A stretch of DNA of 64,000 nucleotides from the IMG/VR virus record IMGVR_UViG_3300029258_002856, one strand, 5' to 3'. Numbering within the stretch: the first letter of the stretch is position 1; the number at the start of each line of letters is the position of its first letter. Below the pieces are notes generated by a model, which worked only from the letters and a program-made list of their open reading frames with translations, was not told where the DNA came from and did no database searches. A program made the position numbers and the translations under genes. Shown here piece after piece: positions 37,925-47,208 of this stretch. This DNA comes from a virus.

Positions 37925-40900
37925 CGGGGGTATCCTCCGCTTTTTCTTCGGGTAAGTCTTGCGTGACGCGCAGCCAGCTGTCCGGTACTTTCAATACCAC
38001 GACGTTTTCTAACTTAACGCCCGCGCCCAGATAGGGTCCCACACGTTGGAGAATCCCAGATTCTTTGATTTCCTTCCTAGACAGCGCCATACGATGACGG
38101 CCGAGTGTGTCTTTCAACCGCTGTGAAGTAATGCCTTTATTGAGTAGGTGCGGCGGTAGAAGTCGGGGGATGACTTGTTCCACGAGGAACAACAGCAAGT
38201 TCTGCTGTGAGTCGTAATAAACTCCACACGCTCGGGAGTTAATCTCGGCGCGGCGCTCGCTATTTATCAGCATCTGTGAAACCGAGTAGCTGAGTTTGGT
38301 GTCGGGGTCCCACAAGTTGGAATTCTGGAGGAGAGCGTCGAGATATGTCTCGGACTCGGTAACGGAGCCCGCGACGGTTAGCACGTCTTCATGTTGTGCG
38401 GCGTAATCCCAGAAGAACTGCTTCCAATCTATATCGAGCATCTTGAACAATGCCATTACGGGGTAAAGGTTGGATGCGAATCGCCACTCCACATTGACGG
38501 GAAGTTCAGTGCGGAACTCCACGTACTCTTCCATGATTTCTTCAGAAAGTTTGCGGAGCTTTAGGGCGTGAGGATACATCCCTGTGCATAGGCCCCGACG
38601 CATTTGGTCCAGTTTTTCGCGGCCTAACTCCCGCATGATAGGAACGTCAGCGCGAGTCCGAAACTCGGTCTTATGCATCTCAATTTGTATCAGGCGATTC
38701 AGGTCCTGCGGTTTCTCCGCCGCGGTTATGGCGGCAAACAGAACGGGATGGCGTAGATGGAGTTTGATGGGGACACCGAGAGGCTGACCGACAACGCGCC
38801 GTACTTCACCGGTAATCATGGAGCGGTAGATTTCATATATCTGTTGAACCTGATGCCGGTTTTTACCGTCAAGTTCGAATTCGTCGAGGACCAGGAGACG
38901 AGAGTCGCCACTGGCTGCTTGAATGACGCCCTTGGCAGAGTAGCTCGTCCATCCGTTGGAGTGCTGGAGAAGTTGGATGTGGTCGAGGTTGTTCATGCCT
39001 GCGAACGACGCGAGAAGCGACGACTTACCCGAGTGTGTTTCTCCGGTGACGAAAAGCATCATGGGGTTCGGGAAAACATCCATGATGGGCATGAGCATGA
39101 TTATCGCTGCGAGGAACCGGGCAGTGATGTCGTGGTTTTTGAACCGGAACCCGCACTGGTAATACGTAACTATGTCCTCGTAGAGTTGTTTCAGGTCGAC
39201 ATCTTTACCCTGGTTGAGTGCGTCTAGGGTGAGACCGTGGGGAACCCAGCTTTCTGGCATCCCATGACTCAAGTCTCCGTTGAATACGATGCCTCGGTCG
39301 GAAGGACCCGCCAGCAACTCGTATGTCGGCTCGGGACCATCACGGTCGACGCGGAAAACGTCTCGACCACAGACAATATACTCCTTCGGGTCCGTGGCAT
39401 GTTCTCCCTGCCGCATGCAGTGATAGCCCTGATTCAACTTGGTAGCGAAGCGCGTATCAACTGCTCCTTGGGCGAGACTATTGACGGCTTCCTTCGTGTA
39501 CATCCGCAAGTTCTGATTGAGCTTGCGCATCCCGAGCCCTTCACTCTCGTCCGGTGGCGTGAGGAACGCCGGGAATCCCACGTTCTCTTTGGTAAATTCC
39601 ACGAGGTTGCCCGCGAGAGGTGCCAACTCCGAAGCAATGGACTGCTCGCTATCGAGCTTCACCGTAGTGAAGGTCTTGTTTATCTTGTGGAACAGGAGAA
39701 GATCGCGGCCATTGTCACGGGGGAGGGTCCCCACGACGAAGAAAATGTCCGACAGCGCCTCGCGTACTCGGAGGATGAAACCGAGTTCGTTGTCCTCCCG
39801 AGTTGTAATCTCGAGTTTGAGTATTCGCTCAGGTATTTGGGGGTAAGCTTCGGAGACGGCCTTGACGTAGGCCGCTTCTTCGAGTCTGTGTCGAAGGTAT
39901 CGTCCATGTTCGGATGCTTTCTCTATGAGAGCGCGATGGTCTTCCTGGTTTAGCCCGTCCAACTCATGGCGTGCGCGTTCGAATGCCCAGTTCCAGGGTG
40001 CTGTGAAATTGTCATCGCTCTTCTTCCAGATGGTTTCTTCAACTTTGGCAATCCCTAGCTGTTGGGTGTTAACCGCTTCGTCCAGGTCTCCGGCGGGGAG
40101 TAACTCGTCCCAACCGACGAACACACGGGTAGGCAGTTCTCGAATATTCTCGAGCCAACCCTGAACTACCGTATCTCCGCCCGCCTTCCCTTTCTTTGGG
40201 CTGTCGCCAATGAGGAATATCTTTTCAATCCCGGATTCCTTCAGCACCGGTTCAATATGTGCTGCACCTCCGAGACCTCCAGCGGAGACGATGGGGAAAT
40301 GGATGCTCCCTGACTTCATGAACTGAGCCATGACGGACATCGCGTCCATCTCGCCCTCGGTCACGTACACATAGTTGGAGCCTCCCGGCTTGAAGAAGGA
40401 CTTGTAGGCATCCCATCCAAGACCGTAGAGGCCGAGGTTTTCTTCGAAGTCGTCTTCGGGGATGGCGTAATCCTTGGAGCCGGAGACAGGTACCCGCAGC
40501 TTCAAGCGCCCGATTTCCTTTGGCGTCACATGGAGCGGCCAGATGATTGCACCGTTGAACTTGGTGTTGTTGTACGTAGCTTCGAGATAGACGGTGACGT
40601 CATCGGTCAAGTCTTCGGGTTTATCGCTAGTGGGGTTTGCGCGCCACGCCTTGAATCGGCGTTTGTACTGATTGGAGAGCACTTGCTGGAGATTCAGGAG
40701 CGGAGGCATGATGCCTACCGGTAGAGAACTTAGGACCGACTTGGGAACATGCCGTTGGTTTATCAGCCAATCTACCGCCTGATGCGCGTAGGGGTGCGCG
40801 GAGGAATTTGCCAAGGCGTCTACGAGGATGTCCCTAGCTGCACTGAAAATGGCGTTCTTGACGAGCTGGTTCTTGCGGCGTGCTTCGAGTTCGGCGGCAG

Positions 40901-41276
40901 CCTTCTTCGGCAGAAAGCTGAGGTTGTATTTTTCTTGTAAGAACTGGAGGGTCTCGGCTTCCGAGATACCCTTGGTTATAGCAATAAGTTCGACGGGATT
41001 CGAAGTGAAATAGCCACAACCAAAACACTTGGCAAAGCAGCGGTCATCTTCGTTGGGTCCAGAGTGGAGCCAGAAGGATGGAGTATGATCCGCATGGTCG
41101 GGATGCGGACACCGCCCTAGCAGCGTATTTCTCGCGTGTACTTGAAACGCGTTATTGGGTTTATGCTCTTGAAAGAGCGTCAGCCAGTCACGAACATCAA
41201 TCTGTCGCCAGATTTTTTTAAGCTGTTCCCGGCTGATTCCTTTCTTCTTTTTCCGTTTGGTCGACGACATCGGCAT
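37857..41276 (-). CDS. DNA primase (Zn finger plus TOPRIM) fused to C-terminal helicase-like NTPase
   Basis: CPHPDHADHTPSF..CFGC Zn finger; VTEGEMDAMS and LIGD TOPRIM; GETHSGKS Walker A, LVLDEFE Walker B; start uncertain (41276/41270 preferred over 41318). Confidence 0.85.
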   Translation of the reverse strand: MPMSSTKRKKKKGISREQLKKIWRQIDVRDWLTLFQEHKPNNAFQVHARNTLLGRCPHPDHADHTPSFWLHSGPNEDDRCFAKCFGCGYFTSNPVELIAITKGISEAETLQFLQEKYNLSFLPKKAAAELEARRKNQLVKNAIFSAARDILVDALANSSAHPYAHQAVDWLINQRHVPKSVLSSLPVGIMPPLLNLQQVLSNQYKRRFKAWRANPTSDKPEDLTDDVTVYLEATYNNTKFNGAIIWPLHVTPKEIGRLKLRVPVSGSKDYAIPEDDFEENLGLYGLGWDAYKSFFKPGGSNYVYVTEGEMDAMSVMAQFMKSGSIHFPIVSAGGLGGAAHIEPVLKESGIEKIFLIGDSPKKGKAGGDTVVQGWLENIRELPTRVFVGWDELLPAGDLDEAVNTQQLGIAKVEETIWKKSDDNFTAPWNWAFERARHELDGLNQEDHRALIEKASEHGRYLRHRLEEAAYVKAVSEAYPQIPERILKLEITTREDNELGFILRVREALSDIFFVVGTLPRDNGRDLLLFHKINKTFTTVKLDSEQSIASELAPLAGNLVEFTKENVGFPAFLTPPDESEGLGMRKLNQNLRMYTKEAVNSLAQGAVDTRFATKLNQGYHCMRQGEHATDPKEYIVCGRDVFRVDRDGPEPTYELLAGPSDRGIVFNGDLSHGMPESWVPHGLTLDALNQGKDVDLKQLYEDIVTYYQCGFRFKNHDITARFLAAIIMLMPIMDVFPNPMMLFVTGETHSGKSSLLASFAGMNNLDHIQLLQHSNGWTSYSAKGVIQAASGDSRLLVLDEFELDGKNRHQVQQIYEIYRSMITGEVRRVVGQPLGVPIKLHLRHPVLFAAITAAEKPQDLNRLIQIEMHKTEFRTRADVPIMRELGREKLDQMRRGLCTGMYPHALKLRKLSEEIMEEYVEFRTELPVNVEWRFASNLYPVMALFKMLDIDWKQFFWDYAAQHEDVLTVAGSVTESETYLDALLQNSNLWDPDTKLSYSVSQMLINSERRAEINSRACGVYYDSQQNLLLFLVEQVIPRLLPPHLLNKGITSQRLKDTLGRHRMALSRKEIKESGILQRVGPYLGAGVKLENVVVLKVPDSWLRVTQDLPEEKAEDTPDAEEPSLDEPDIDEDFGSNVDW

Positions 41277-42063
41277 TTGTCCCCGAACTGAAGGCAGGAC
41301 ACTTCGACTTGTAGTCACACCAGTCGCAGAGCCTGCTAGTTCTGTACACTGAGAAGTCAGTGCAGTCTTGGGTTGCTTCGTTCAAAAACGCAACGAACTT
41401 GTTCATCAAGGCAAGGACATCGGGCACATCAATGAACTTGCCCAGCTCTATCCGGTCAGATTTGAGCCAGTTCACACCGGACATAATCCGAGTGAGTTCT
41501 GGATGGTGCGCCTTCAGTAGAATCTGATAGGCGAGAAATTGTTTCGCGTAATACCTGAGCGTGCGTTCTCGGCCAGTCTTATGGTCGATGACGAGACCAT
41601 AGGGCTTAGAAGCAAACCGCACTGATATGTCTACCACTCCGCGGAGGAAGGCATTCTCGTTATCGAAGAAATTCTTAACGATGTTTCCTTCGAGGTCCAC
41701 CGCGAGTTTTTGTTCGAGCTTTGGTTCGTGGGTTCCATGCTTCTCGCAATAGAAACGGAACTTCCGCAGAAAGTGTTCCATCGCGGGGAGGAAGGCCCAC
41801 ATACGTTCTATCTCAGGAGAAGTTAGTTCGTACTCTTCAATAGCGAAGTCAATCGACTTGGAAACCGAGCGCCCACTCAAGGCGTATTCCAATGCCTTGT
41901 GGGCAGCTTTCCCGACGAGCGCATCCACGTTGGTTTTGCGCTTTTCCTTTACGACGTAAGCAAACCAGAATTTCTTAGGGCATTCTTTAGCGGTATCCGC
42001 CTTGCTCACCGACCAGGGGGCGTGTTCAAGAACGAATTGGGAGGGTTTGATGTCGGCGGTCAT
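41218..42063 (-). CDS. PD-(D/E)XK (RecB/Cas4-like) exonuclease
   Basis: WSVSK..TAKECP..F, LRGVVD, VIDHKTG, C-terminal CDWCDYKSKCP. Confidence 0.8.
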   Translation of the reverse strand: MTADIKPSQFVLEHAPWSVSKADTAKECPKKFWFAYVVKEKRKTNVDALVGKAAHKALEYALSGRSVSKSIDFAIEEYELTSPEIERMWAFLPAMEHFLRKFRFYCEKHGTHEPKLEQKLAVDLEGNIVKNFFDNENAFLRGVVDISVRFASKPYGLVIDHKTGRERTLRYYAKQFLAYQILLKAHHPELTRIMSGVNWLKSDRIELGKFIDVPDVLALMNKFVAFLNEATQDCTDFSVYRTSRLCDWCDYKSKCPAFSSGTNADVVDQTEKEERNQPGTA

Positions 42064-42079
42064 TGCGATACCTCTTTAG

Positions 42080-42113
42080 AAAAAAAGAGAGTGGGGCTAT
42101 TAACCCCACTCTC
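42080..42113 (-). terminator. Intrinsic terminator downstream of the 42122 gene
   Basis: Perfect 10 bp stem GAGAGTGGGG/CCCCACTCTC followed on the minus strand by T7. Confidence 0.8.
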
Positions 42114-42121
42114 AGTCGGTC

Positions 42122-43183
42122 CTACATATCCTCGGGCATGTCTTCCATGCTGCCGTACCCTTCGTCGTCCGAGTCGGTAGTCATTCCGGGTACATCCTCG
42201 TCGTCGAAGTCTTCCATTGCCCGAGCGGCCTGCCGATAGATGCGCGCAATGCCGGAGTAGATGAAGTCTCGCTCCGCCAGGGTGCACATCGCATCACAGA
42301 AGGGGTGGAGCTTTGTGTCCACCGTCTCGCCTTCGACAGGCTCGACTTGCATCACGTACCAGCGGCGGCTCTTGTCCTGTGAAGATTTCCGCTCTTCTGA
42401 TTTGATGCTGAACCACCGTGCCCATGGGACCTTGCCGCGCTTGACGAACTTCATCAGCTGCCGACCAGCAGGCTCGGAGGTGCGTTGGAAGCGCACCAGT
42501 ACAATGTCCTTCAAGTTTTGCGTGAGCATGAAGGCCATCACGTCGTTGGCGCACTCGTTGGGTTTGCCGTCTTTCCATGGCCGGTTGGGACAAGTATCGC
42601 AATCGCCGTAATGGGAGCCCTTGTGACGGTCCATGGAAGTGCACACCGGCATGCGCACGGCATTTTCCCCATCACGAGCGCCCCACATGGTTCGGCCTTC
42701 CCAGATGGCCAGAACCGCACCGATGAATTCCTTCCCCACGTTCTCTTTCGATGACATGTAGAACTGGCCGGGGATGGCAGTCTCGGGGCGGTTGGGGTCT
42801 GCTCCAGTTCCTTGGAACAAGCGGAGTTCCGTGAACTCCGGCTGGGTATTGGAAGAGAGAATCCCTTTCCGGTCAGGATTCATGCGTTGCATGATGTCCG
42901 AGATTGGGTCTTGCATCTCGTCGGGGAGCTTCCAGATGATGTCCCAGACTTTATCCTCGTTGAGCCCTTCGTGCTCAATCCGGAGGATTTTCTCTCCGTA
43001 TCGGTGGACAAATGATTCGTTGTTTTCTCCGTAGAGGGCTAGGAGCTTGGACCCACCAAACTCATCTGCCGTTTGGGCCAGTGCTTCGGCATTGGCCTCT
43101 TCTGTTTCGGTTTGTTCCTCCTGCTGCGGTTCTTCTTCCGGGACGGAATCGGGTTTGTCGTCTGCCTTTTTTGCTTTACTCAC
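42122..43183 (-). CDS. Putative ssDNA-binding/annealing protein
   Basis: Lies in the replication cluster; acidic C-terminal tail; C.S.D..G..C..CP...W...C Zn-like motif; has its own terminator. Confidence 0.4.
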   Translation of the reverse strand: MSKAKKADDKPDSVPEEEPQQEEQTETEEANAEALAQTADEFGGSKLLALYGENNESFVHRYGEKILRIEHEGLNEDKVWDIIWKLPDEMQDPISDIMQRMNPDRKGILSSNTQPEFTELRLFQGTGADPNRPETAIPGQFYMSSKENVGKEFIGAVLAIWEGRTMWGARDGENAVRMPVCTSMDRHKGSHYGDCDTCPNRPWKDGKPNECANDVMAFMLTQNLKDIVLVRFQRTSEPAGRQLMKFVKRGKVPWARWFSIKSEERKSSQDKSRRWYVMQVEPVEGETVDTKLHPFCDAMCTLAERDFIYSGIARIYRQAARAMEDFDDEDVPGMTTDSDDEGYGSMEDMPEDM

Positions 43184-43299
43184 TTTTGCTTTCTCCTCTT
43201 ATTTCCGAGATGTTTCGGCAACTTGGGATAATAGCTCGGACTGCTTGCGCTGTCCAGACCTTTTGAGTACAGTCAGTGGTTAAGACAGGAGGCCTTACT

Positions 43300-44319
43300 A
43301 TGGACGACTTCTTCTCGGACCGAGTGTTCCGAGATTACTACGAAGACGTGGGCAAGCACCCTATCTTAACCGCTGCTGAAGAGAAAGCTCTACTGGTACG
43401 CTATAAAACGTGCCCTCATTGTAAACGACGTCTCCCTCATCGAGTACGTGTGCAGAACTGTCCTCGCTGCGCTACCGCCGCGCCGGAACGTAGCAACGGA
43501 CGCGTGTACGTATGCGAAAGATGTACGCTTCGATACGAAACGCACGTCAGTCCCAAGTACTGTCCGTCATGTGGTGCCGACCGCGATATGGAAGCGCGCA
43601 ACAAATTAATCGTTTCCAATTTGCGTTTCGTGATGACCACGGCACGCAAGATTACTAAGAATCCAATCCACGTCCAACGGCTCGTATCCGCAGGAAATCT
43701 GGGACTCATCATTGCAGTGGATAAGTTCGACCTAAGCAAGAAAACACGTTTCTTGACCTACGCCGCGTGGTGGATACGTAAGGAAATGATGGATGAGATA
43801 CACAACAGTCACCTGATACATATCCCTTCCCATAAGCAGAAAGCACATCGTCGGGCTCAGAAGTACGGAGTGTATGTCTGTAAACATTGTGACCTCCGAC
43901 TTGAGGACCCAGACATGCTCGACGCGAGTCTTAAACACCCATGCACGACGGGTACGCACGATTTCATGCTCGTCGACGAGAGTCCTTCCTTACATTCGTT
44001 TATGACCATCGACAACCTCCCAATTGCCGATGCCCATCAGAATATAGAAGAGACCACCATCGACTCCGACGTAGCGGGACTATTACACGCTGTGCTACAT
44101 CGGATACCCATCCGCGAGCGTGACCGGTTCATCATGATGCAATACTTCGACGTCGCCAAGGGCGAACGTCGCTCCCACAGTAAAAGTCTGCATCAGCTAG
44201 CCGCAATCACGGGCATCACGCCGGAGCGTGTGCGTCAGGTCAAGGAAGATGCCTTGAAATTCTTACGGCTGGAATTGGACCGGAAATGTGTGCGGAGTCT
44301 GTCGGACGTTTGCGCCTAG
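43300..44319 (+). CDS. Sigma70-family sigma factor (RpoD/RpoH-like regions 1.2, 2, 4) with Zn-ribbon insertions
   Basis: YYEDVGKHPILTAAEE, LIVSNLRFV, GNLGLIIAVDKFD...RFLTYAAWWIR, GITPERVRQ; start reassigned to ATG 43300 (SD AGGAGG). Confidence 0.85.
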   Translation: MDDFFSDRVFRDYYEDVGKHPILTAAEEKALLVRYKTCPHCKRRLPHRVRVQNCPRCATAAPERSNGRVYVCERCTLRYETHVSPKYCPSCGADRDMEARNKLIVSNLRFVMTTARKITKNPIHVQRLVSAGNLGLIIAVDKFDLSKKTRFLTYAAWWIRKEMMDEIHNSHLIHIPSHKQKAHRRAQKYGVYVCKHCDLRLEDPDMLDASLKHPCTTGTHDFMLVDESPSLHSFMTIDNLPIADAHQNIEETTIDSDVAGLLHAVLHRIPIRERDRFIMMQYFDVAKGERRSHSKSLHQLAAITGITPERVRQVKEDALKFLRLELDRKCVRSLSDVCA

Positions 44320-45239
44320 TCCTCGAACTCCATGATGCCCGCGGCTAGTTCGAGGCCCTGAAGGACGCCCTTGTAAAAGGCGTTCTTCTTGGGGCTGCGG
44401 GTCTTGACGCGGACACCCTCGTAGTAGTTGAGCAACTCGAGGGCCTTCGTCTTGCTGACCATGTTGAGTTCGTACTCGCCGTAGTCGGTGGTCTGGGGCT
44501 TGCGTCCGCTGCCGCTGCTGCTCTTGCCGGAGGCCGCTTTGCCTTTGCCCTTGCCCTTGCCGTCCTTGCCCTTGGCCTTCTTGGCTTCGGCCTTGGCCTT
44601 GGCTTTTTCCTCCTTGCGGTGCAAGTAGTGGGCGGTGACCTCTTCCAGGTCGGTGACGGTCATTCCCTCCAGGCATTTCTCGAAGAACTTCTCCTGGATG
44701 GTCATGTCTTCTTCTTCGTTCACGCGCAGAAGCTGGCGCGCGTGGCCGGGAGTGATTCTCTCATCCCGGAGGGCGCGCTGCATCTTGGCGGGCAGCTCGA
44801 AGAAGGACAGGTGCTGGCTGACGCTGCCCTCGGTCACGCCACAGGCGCGGGCGATTTCGCGGTTCTTCTTGCCGCTCTCGCTCAGCTCTTTGAAGACGCG
44901 AGCCTTCTCCATGGGGTTGTGGCCCTCCCGCTGGAGGTTGACCACGAGACTGTGGAGGTAGTCCTCCTCGGCCTTCCCGGTCTTCGGCGCGATACGGATG
45001 GTCTTGATTTTGAGGTCCTTCAACACCATGTAGCGCCGCCGCCCGTCCACGAGCAGGAACTTCCCACCCTTCTGCGGACGCACGAGCACTGGCGTCTGCT
45101 GGCCGCACTCCTTGATGGAAGTGGTCAGGTCTTTCAGACTCCCGGGCTTATCGCGGTTCCAGTATTCTGGCAGCACGATGTTTGCGAGGTCTGTTTCTGG
45201 GGGCACCGGTAGCGTGTTTTCGGTTTGTTTCTCCGACAT
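44316..45239 (-). CDS. parB: ParB/Spo0J-family protein
   Basis: SIKECGQQTPVLVR, LVDGRRR, NLQREGHNPMEKA, HTH EIARACGVTEGSVSQHL. Confidence 0.85.
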   Translation of the reverse strand: MSEKQTENTLPVPPETDLANIVLPEYWNRDKPGSLKDLTTSIKECGQQTPVLVRPQKGGKFLLVDGRRRYMVLKDLKIKTIRIAPKTGKAEEDYLHSLVVNLQREGHNPMEKARVFKELSESGKKNREIARACGVTEGSVSQHLSFFELPAKMQRALRDERITPGHARQLLRVNEEEDMTIQEKFFEKCLEGMTVTDLEEVTAHYLHRKEEKAKAKAEAKKAKGKDGKGKGKGKAASGKSSSGSGRKPQTTDYGEYELNMVSKTKALELLNYYEGVRVKTRSPKKNAFYKGVLQGLELAAGIMEFED

Positions 45240-45262
45240 TTTTGCTTCCTCCCTGTTGGGCT

Positions 45263-45508
45263 TTAGTCGTCGTCGGAATCGTACTCTAGTTCGTCTAGAA
45301 GTTTTTCTTTATCGATTAAGGTAAGGTCAAGTTCTTCAGGGGGAACACCCTCCAACACTTCTCCCAATGTGTGGAAGAGTTCCACGGAAAGGGGCTGAAG
45401 ACTCCGCGCGTCATTGTACACAATCATGTACAATGCACGGATAGTACGAAGCTGCTGTTCCGGGGGAACAGCTATTCTTCGAACGGCGCGGTTCCGCACA
45501 CCGGACAT
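45263..45508 (-). CDS. Hypothetical protein
   Basis: Start reassigned to ATG 45508 (SD GGGAG) because the upstream part is occupied by the 45472-45627 ORF. Confidence 0.5.
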   Translation of the reverse strand: MSGVRNRAVRRIAVPPEQQLRTIRALYMIVYNDARSLQPLSVELFHTLGEVLEGVPPEELDLTLIDKEKLLDELEYDSDDD

Positions 45509-45627
45509 ACTAGGACTCCCGTCTCGTCCTGGTTGCGAAGTTTGGCGTCGCATTTGGGACATTTTGGCGTCTCGTCATCCGCAGTTTTCGGTTGCGTTTC
45601 CGCCTCCTCAACCCCGTACTTCTCCAT
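45472..45627 (-). CDS. 51 aa Zn-ribbon protein absent from the ORF track
   Basis: MEKYGVEEAETQPKTADDETPKCPKCDAKLRNQDETGVLVCPVCGTAPFEE; TAATG coupling with the upstream gene; CPKC-x14-CPVC. Confidence 0.7.
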   Translation of the reverse strand: MEKYGVEEAETQPKTADDETPKCPKCDAKLRNQDETGVLVCPVCGTAPFEE

Positions 45628-46040
45628 TACTTCTCACCTCCTTCTCCCTCGGTCGGCCCGGGTTTCGGTTTCTTTTCCTTCCTCTTCGTCTTCTTCTCGG
45701 ATGGAGTACGTTCCAACCGGGCACAGATATCGTCGATGAGGTCACGTACCCGCGGCTTGCAACCGCGATGTCGCTTGGCGTTTTGCGGGTTCTCGCACAG
45801 GTTGTCGAGGGTGTCGACTTGGAACTTTTCGGGGTCGTCCCCGAGACGATGGAGGATGATGACCTCCGGGTTCACCTTCACGTCGAGCTTCTCGGCGTAG
45901 GCCTCCAAGTCAGCAATGGCAGAGGTCTTGACCTCATCTTCCTCGATGAGTTCTTGGGCCTCCGCCATGGTCACTTCGAGTGTTTTCGTCTTGGCACAAC
46001 GACCACACTCACGGTCCACTCGCATTTTCGTTGTTCCCAT
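45627..46040 (-). CDS. Hypothetical protein with Cys motifs and basic tail
   Basis: Start reassigned to ATG 46040; CGRC, LCENP..HRGC. Confidence 0.65.
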   Translation of the reverse strand: MGTTKMRVDRECGRCAKTKTLEVTMAEAQELIEEDEVKTSAIADLEAYAEKLDVKVNPEVIILHRLGDDPEKFQVDTLDNLCENPQNAKRHRGCKPRVRDLIDDICARLERTPSEKKTKRKEKKPKPGPTEGEGGEK

Positions 46041-46044
46041 ACTC

Positions 46045-47208
46045 TCACGCTCCTTGCTGCGTTGCTTCGATCCGCTTACACGTAGCGGGTCCGGGGATAC
46101 CATCCATCGTGATTTGGTCTTCGTAGTGTCGCTTGTTCCAATCGGCCTGGAATCGCTTCACCGCCTCGCGGGTCTTCGGTCCGAACTTGCCGTCCACCTC
46201 GAGCGGGTATCCCAAAGCCGACAAAGTAGACTGAACGTCACTGGTGCTCCAATTGATATCGTCATCGGCGTCATCGTCGTGTGTGGGCTCACCGTGCCCG
46301 TACTCAGGATTCTCCTCTTCTTCGTCGATGTCGTCGACCTCTACGATGTCACCTATAACATCGAGGGTCTCTTCGTAGTGCTGAATGAACGCGTATTCCG
46401 TAACCGGCAGCCGGTCGAAAGCGGCTTCGTTCACGTCTTCGAAGGGCCAGAGTGGCCCCATGTCCGGCTTACCCGCACGCCATTCTTGGTGCTGTGTCAT
46501 CCGGCTGGCGTGAAGTTTACCCTGTAAAGCTGTGATGACGATGCGCTTCAGAATGATGCAGTTCTCAATCTGGTCGACGGTGAACGGTTGCATCACGGAA
46601 TGCCCCCGGAAGGGAGCGTCCAATCTGACGGGGGGAAGCTCTTTTACCAAATTTTCTGGCAAAGGTTTGGTGTATTTGTTCGGCCAGTAACACCACTTGT
46701 CCTTGTGCTGGCGCAAGCCTCCCGCGTTGACCATCTCGATGGAAATGGAGTCGTTATTCCGTTTTGGCTCATGCCAGGACTTGTGCATGAGGGGAACGAT
46801 GTAGAACGGGAGCCCGTGGTGCGGCATCACGAAGTGCGTAGACGCACCGTTGTACTTCCCGTTGTCCTTCTTTTTTGCGCTGAACCAGTTCAAGGTCGAC
46901 CAGGCCGAAATGCCGGTGGTGAAGTGGTCGGTCCACCAGAGTTCATCCCGCTTCTTGAGGACGTTCTGGTTGCACTGCTTAGTGGGGTAGTACGCCGCAA
47001 GGTTCTTATTCTTCGCCAGAATCCTCGCATGTGAATCAATGAAGAGTGCGTTGAGACATTCGCACGCTTCATCTGGGCTAAGAGGGATGCCTTTGCGCAC
47101 CTTGTCCCAGATCGTTTCGACGAGAGCCTTTGCGGCCTTCTTTTCCTTCTTCACGAGGTCCCAGAATTTCTTCTGCGCCATGGATGTGTAGTTGGTGAGT
47201 TCCGTCAT
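46045..47208 (-). CDS. Endolysin-like N-acetylmuramoyl-L-alanine amidase with C-terminal peptidoglycan-binding domain
   Basis: DHFT, ASTHFV, SWHEP..N..SISIEMVN, QH..K.DMG; PG_binding_1-like VQSTLSALGY..VDGKFGPKT.EAVKRFQ...DGIPGPAT. Confidence 0.85.
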   Translation of the reverse strand: MTELTNYTSMAQKKFWDLVKKEKKAAKALVETIWDKVRKGIPLSPDEACECLNALFIDSHARILAKNKNLAAYYPTKQCNQNVLKKRDELWWTDHFTTGISAWSTLNWFSAKKKDNGKYNGASTHFVMPHHGLPFYIVPLMHKSWHEPKRNNDSISIEMVNAGGLRQHKDKWCYWPNKYTKPLPENLVKELPPVRLDAPFRGHSVMQPFTVDQIENCIILKRIVITALQGKLHASRMTQHQEWRAGKPDMGPLWPFEDVNEAAFDRLPVTEYAFIQHYEETLDVIGDIVEVDDIDEEEENPEYGHGEPTHDDDADDDINWSTSDVQSTLSALGYPLEVDGKFGPKTREAVKRFQADWNKRHYEDQITMDGIPGPATCKRIEATQQGA

